Source of the DNA: Eimeria praecox
Taxonomy: Eukaryota
DNA length: 64,000 bases
Assembly (NCBI GenBank): GCA_963920595.1
Contig: OY986949.1
Span: 2,232,001-2,296,000 of the forward strand
Reading direction: 5' to 3'
In this document: positions 63,189 through 64,000 of the stretch, piece after piece
Layout of the letters: each line of letters begins with the position of its first letter
Position numbering within the stretch: the first letter of the stretch is position 1
Notes under the pieces: generated by a model
Told to the model about the DNA's origin: nothing
Seen by the model: the letters and a program-made list of their open reading frames with translations, nothing else
The model's database searches: none
Translations under genes and position numbers: made by a program

Positions 63189-64000
63189 ATGGTTTGTGGA
63201 GAGTCTTCGTCCCGGGTCCAAGTTTTTGTCAGGTTGCGACCTCTGTCTGCAGAAGAGGTTCGACAAAACCTTTAAGCTTATTCCTCAAGCAATAAGGCTA
63301 GTTTCGATGTCTCTAGCACTTATAAGGGAGTAAATTGCTGAGAAACTGTGCAGCTTATCGCTACTTTAGCGTAGCCAGCACCGTGAGACGGTGGTTTACT
63401 TCTCTATCGCCATGCGCCGATTCCACAAGGCCAAGCGCTGCGTATCCTTATCAAGCTCAGGACGCTCGTGGAGTAGAATGCGTTTGGTCGGTCTCCCCTG
63501 ATAAAAAGGAGCTGCTCCTCCGGCCCCCTCCTTATGAATATGACTCCTCGCGATTGCGCCGCATGCCCAAACTATCCTTCAGTGGCTGCTTCGACTGCCA
63601 CGGCAAGCCAAAGCACGAAATGCAATAGCCTGCGACCCAGCTTTACCGCATGAGAGCAGGCAGATTTGCTTAGGAACGGTTTGGAAAGAGAACGCAACGG
63701 GGCATGCACGCGGCATCTGGGTGGAGTGGGTTGAAGCCGCTTTCTAAATATGGGGCACTTATATAATTGTGTCTTATTTGCTAGATGGCACCGGAGTTGT
63801 CTACGAGCAGGCGGCTCTCCCTTTAGTACGGAAGGTTATTGAAGGTTGGGCAGGATGCATACACTGCATACAGTCGTCAGATGCTTGAAGCCTAGCGATT
63901 CGGCCATCGTAGAGTGCCATCGCCATCCAGTAGCCGAGTTAGAACACTATGCCGATGTACAGCCGGCACACTTTAGCAGAAGACACCGGAAGCAGGGCAC
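63189..64000 (+). CDS. Kinesin motor protein, 5' part (continues beyond the window)
   Basis: 'SRVQVFVRLRPLSAEE', then 'LSFSGCFDCH|DGTGVVYEQAALPLVRKVIEG', which is the N-terminal kinesin motor signature preceding the P-loop. Confidence 0.85.

Noticed and set aside
1..64000. CRISPR arrays, operons or other prokaryotic defence systems; most short ORFs in the supplied track
   Set aside because: The sequence is spliced eukaryotic DNA with no repeat-spacer arrays. Most listed ORFs are antisense or off-frame shadows of exons, or begin at non-ATG codons.

Overview
This window is eukaryotic, intron-rich DNA from an eimeriid coccidian apicomplexan (Eimeria/Cyclospora-like). The call rests on CAG-rich tracts, TGCATGCA motifs, an apicoplast-targeted ribosomal protein, SF-assemblin, an SBPase and a decayed Ty3/Gypsy element; the species cannot be determined here. 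Gene order: SCY1-like pseudokinase (-, runs off the window start), Gypsy pol relic (-) abutting a TG...CA LTR-like segment, Qb-SNARE (+), subtilisin with EGF repeats (+), CFAP46-like flagellar protein (+), a ~6 kb unassigned region, apicoplast ribosomal L17 (+), SF-assemblin (+), a small Tyr/Pro-rich protein ending KKSKRRSLACC (+), SBPase (-) head-to-head with prolidase (+), two divergently oriented ankyrin paralogs sharing four intron positions, an alveolin-like fragment (+) and the start of a kinesin (+). The most striking unexplained feature is a ~445-nt element at 37720-38163. It folds into nested long-range helices, is flanked by a TATA-like box and a T6 run, and contains telomere-repeat heptamers, so it is a candidate structured ncRNA (telomerase RNA is one hypothesis). 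All exon models were derived by eye and need RNA-seq confirmation.
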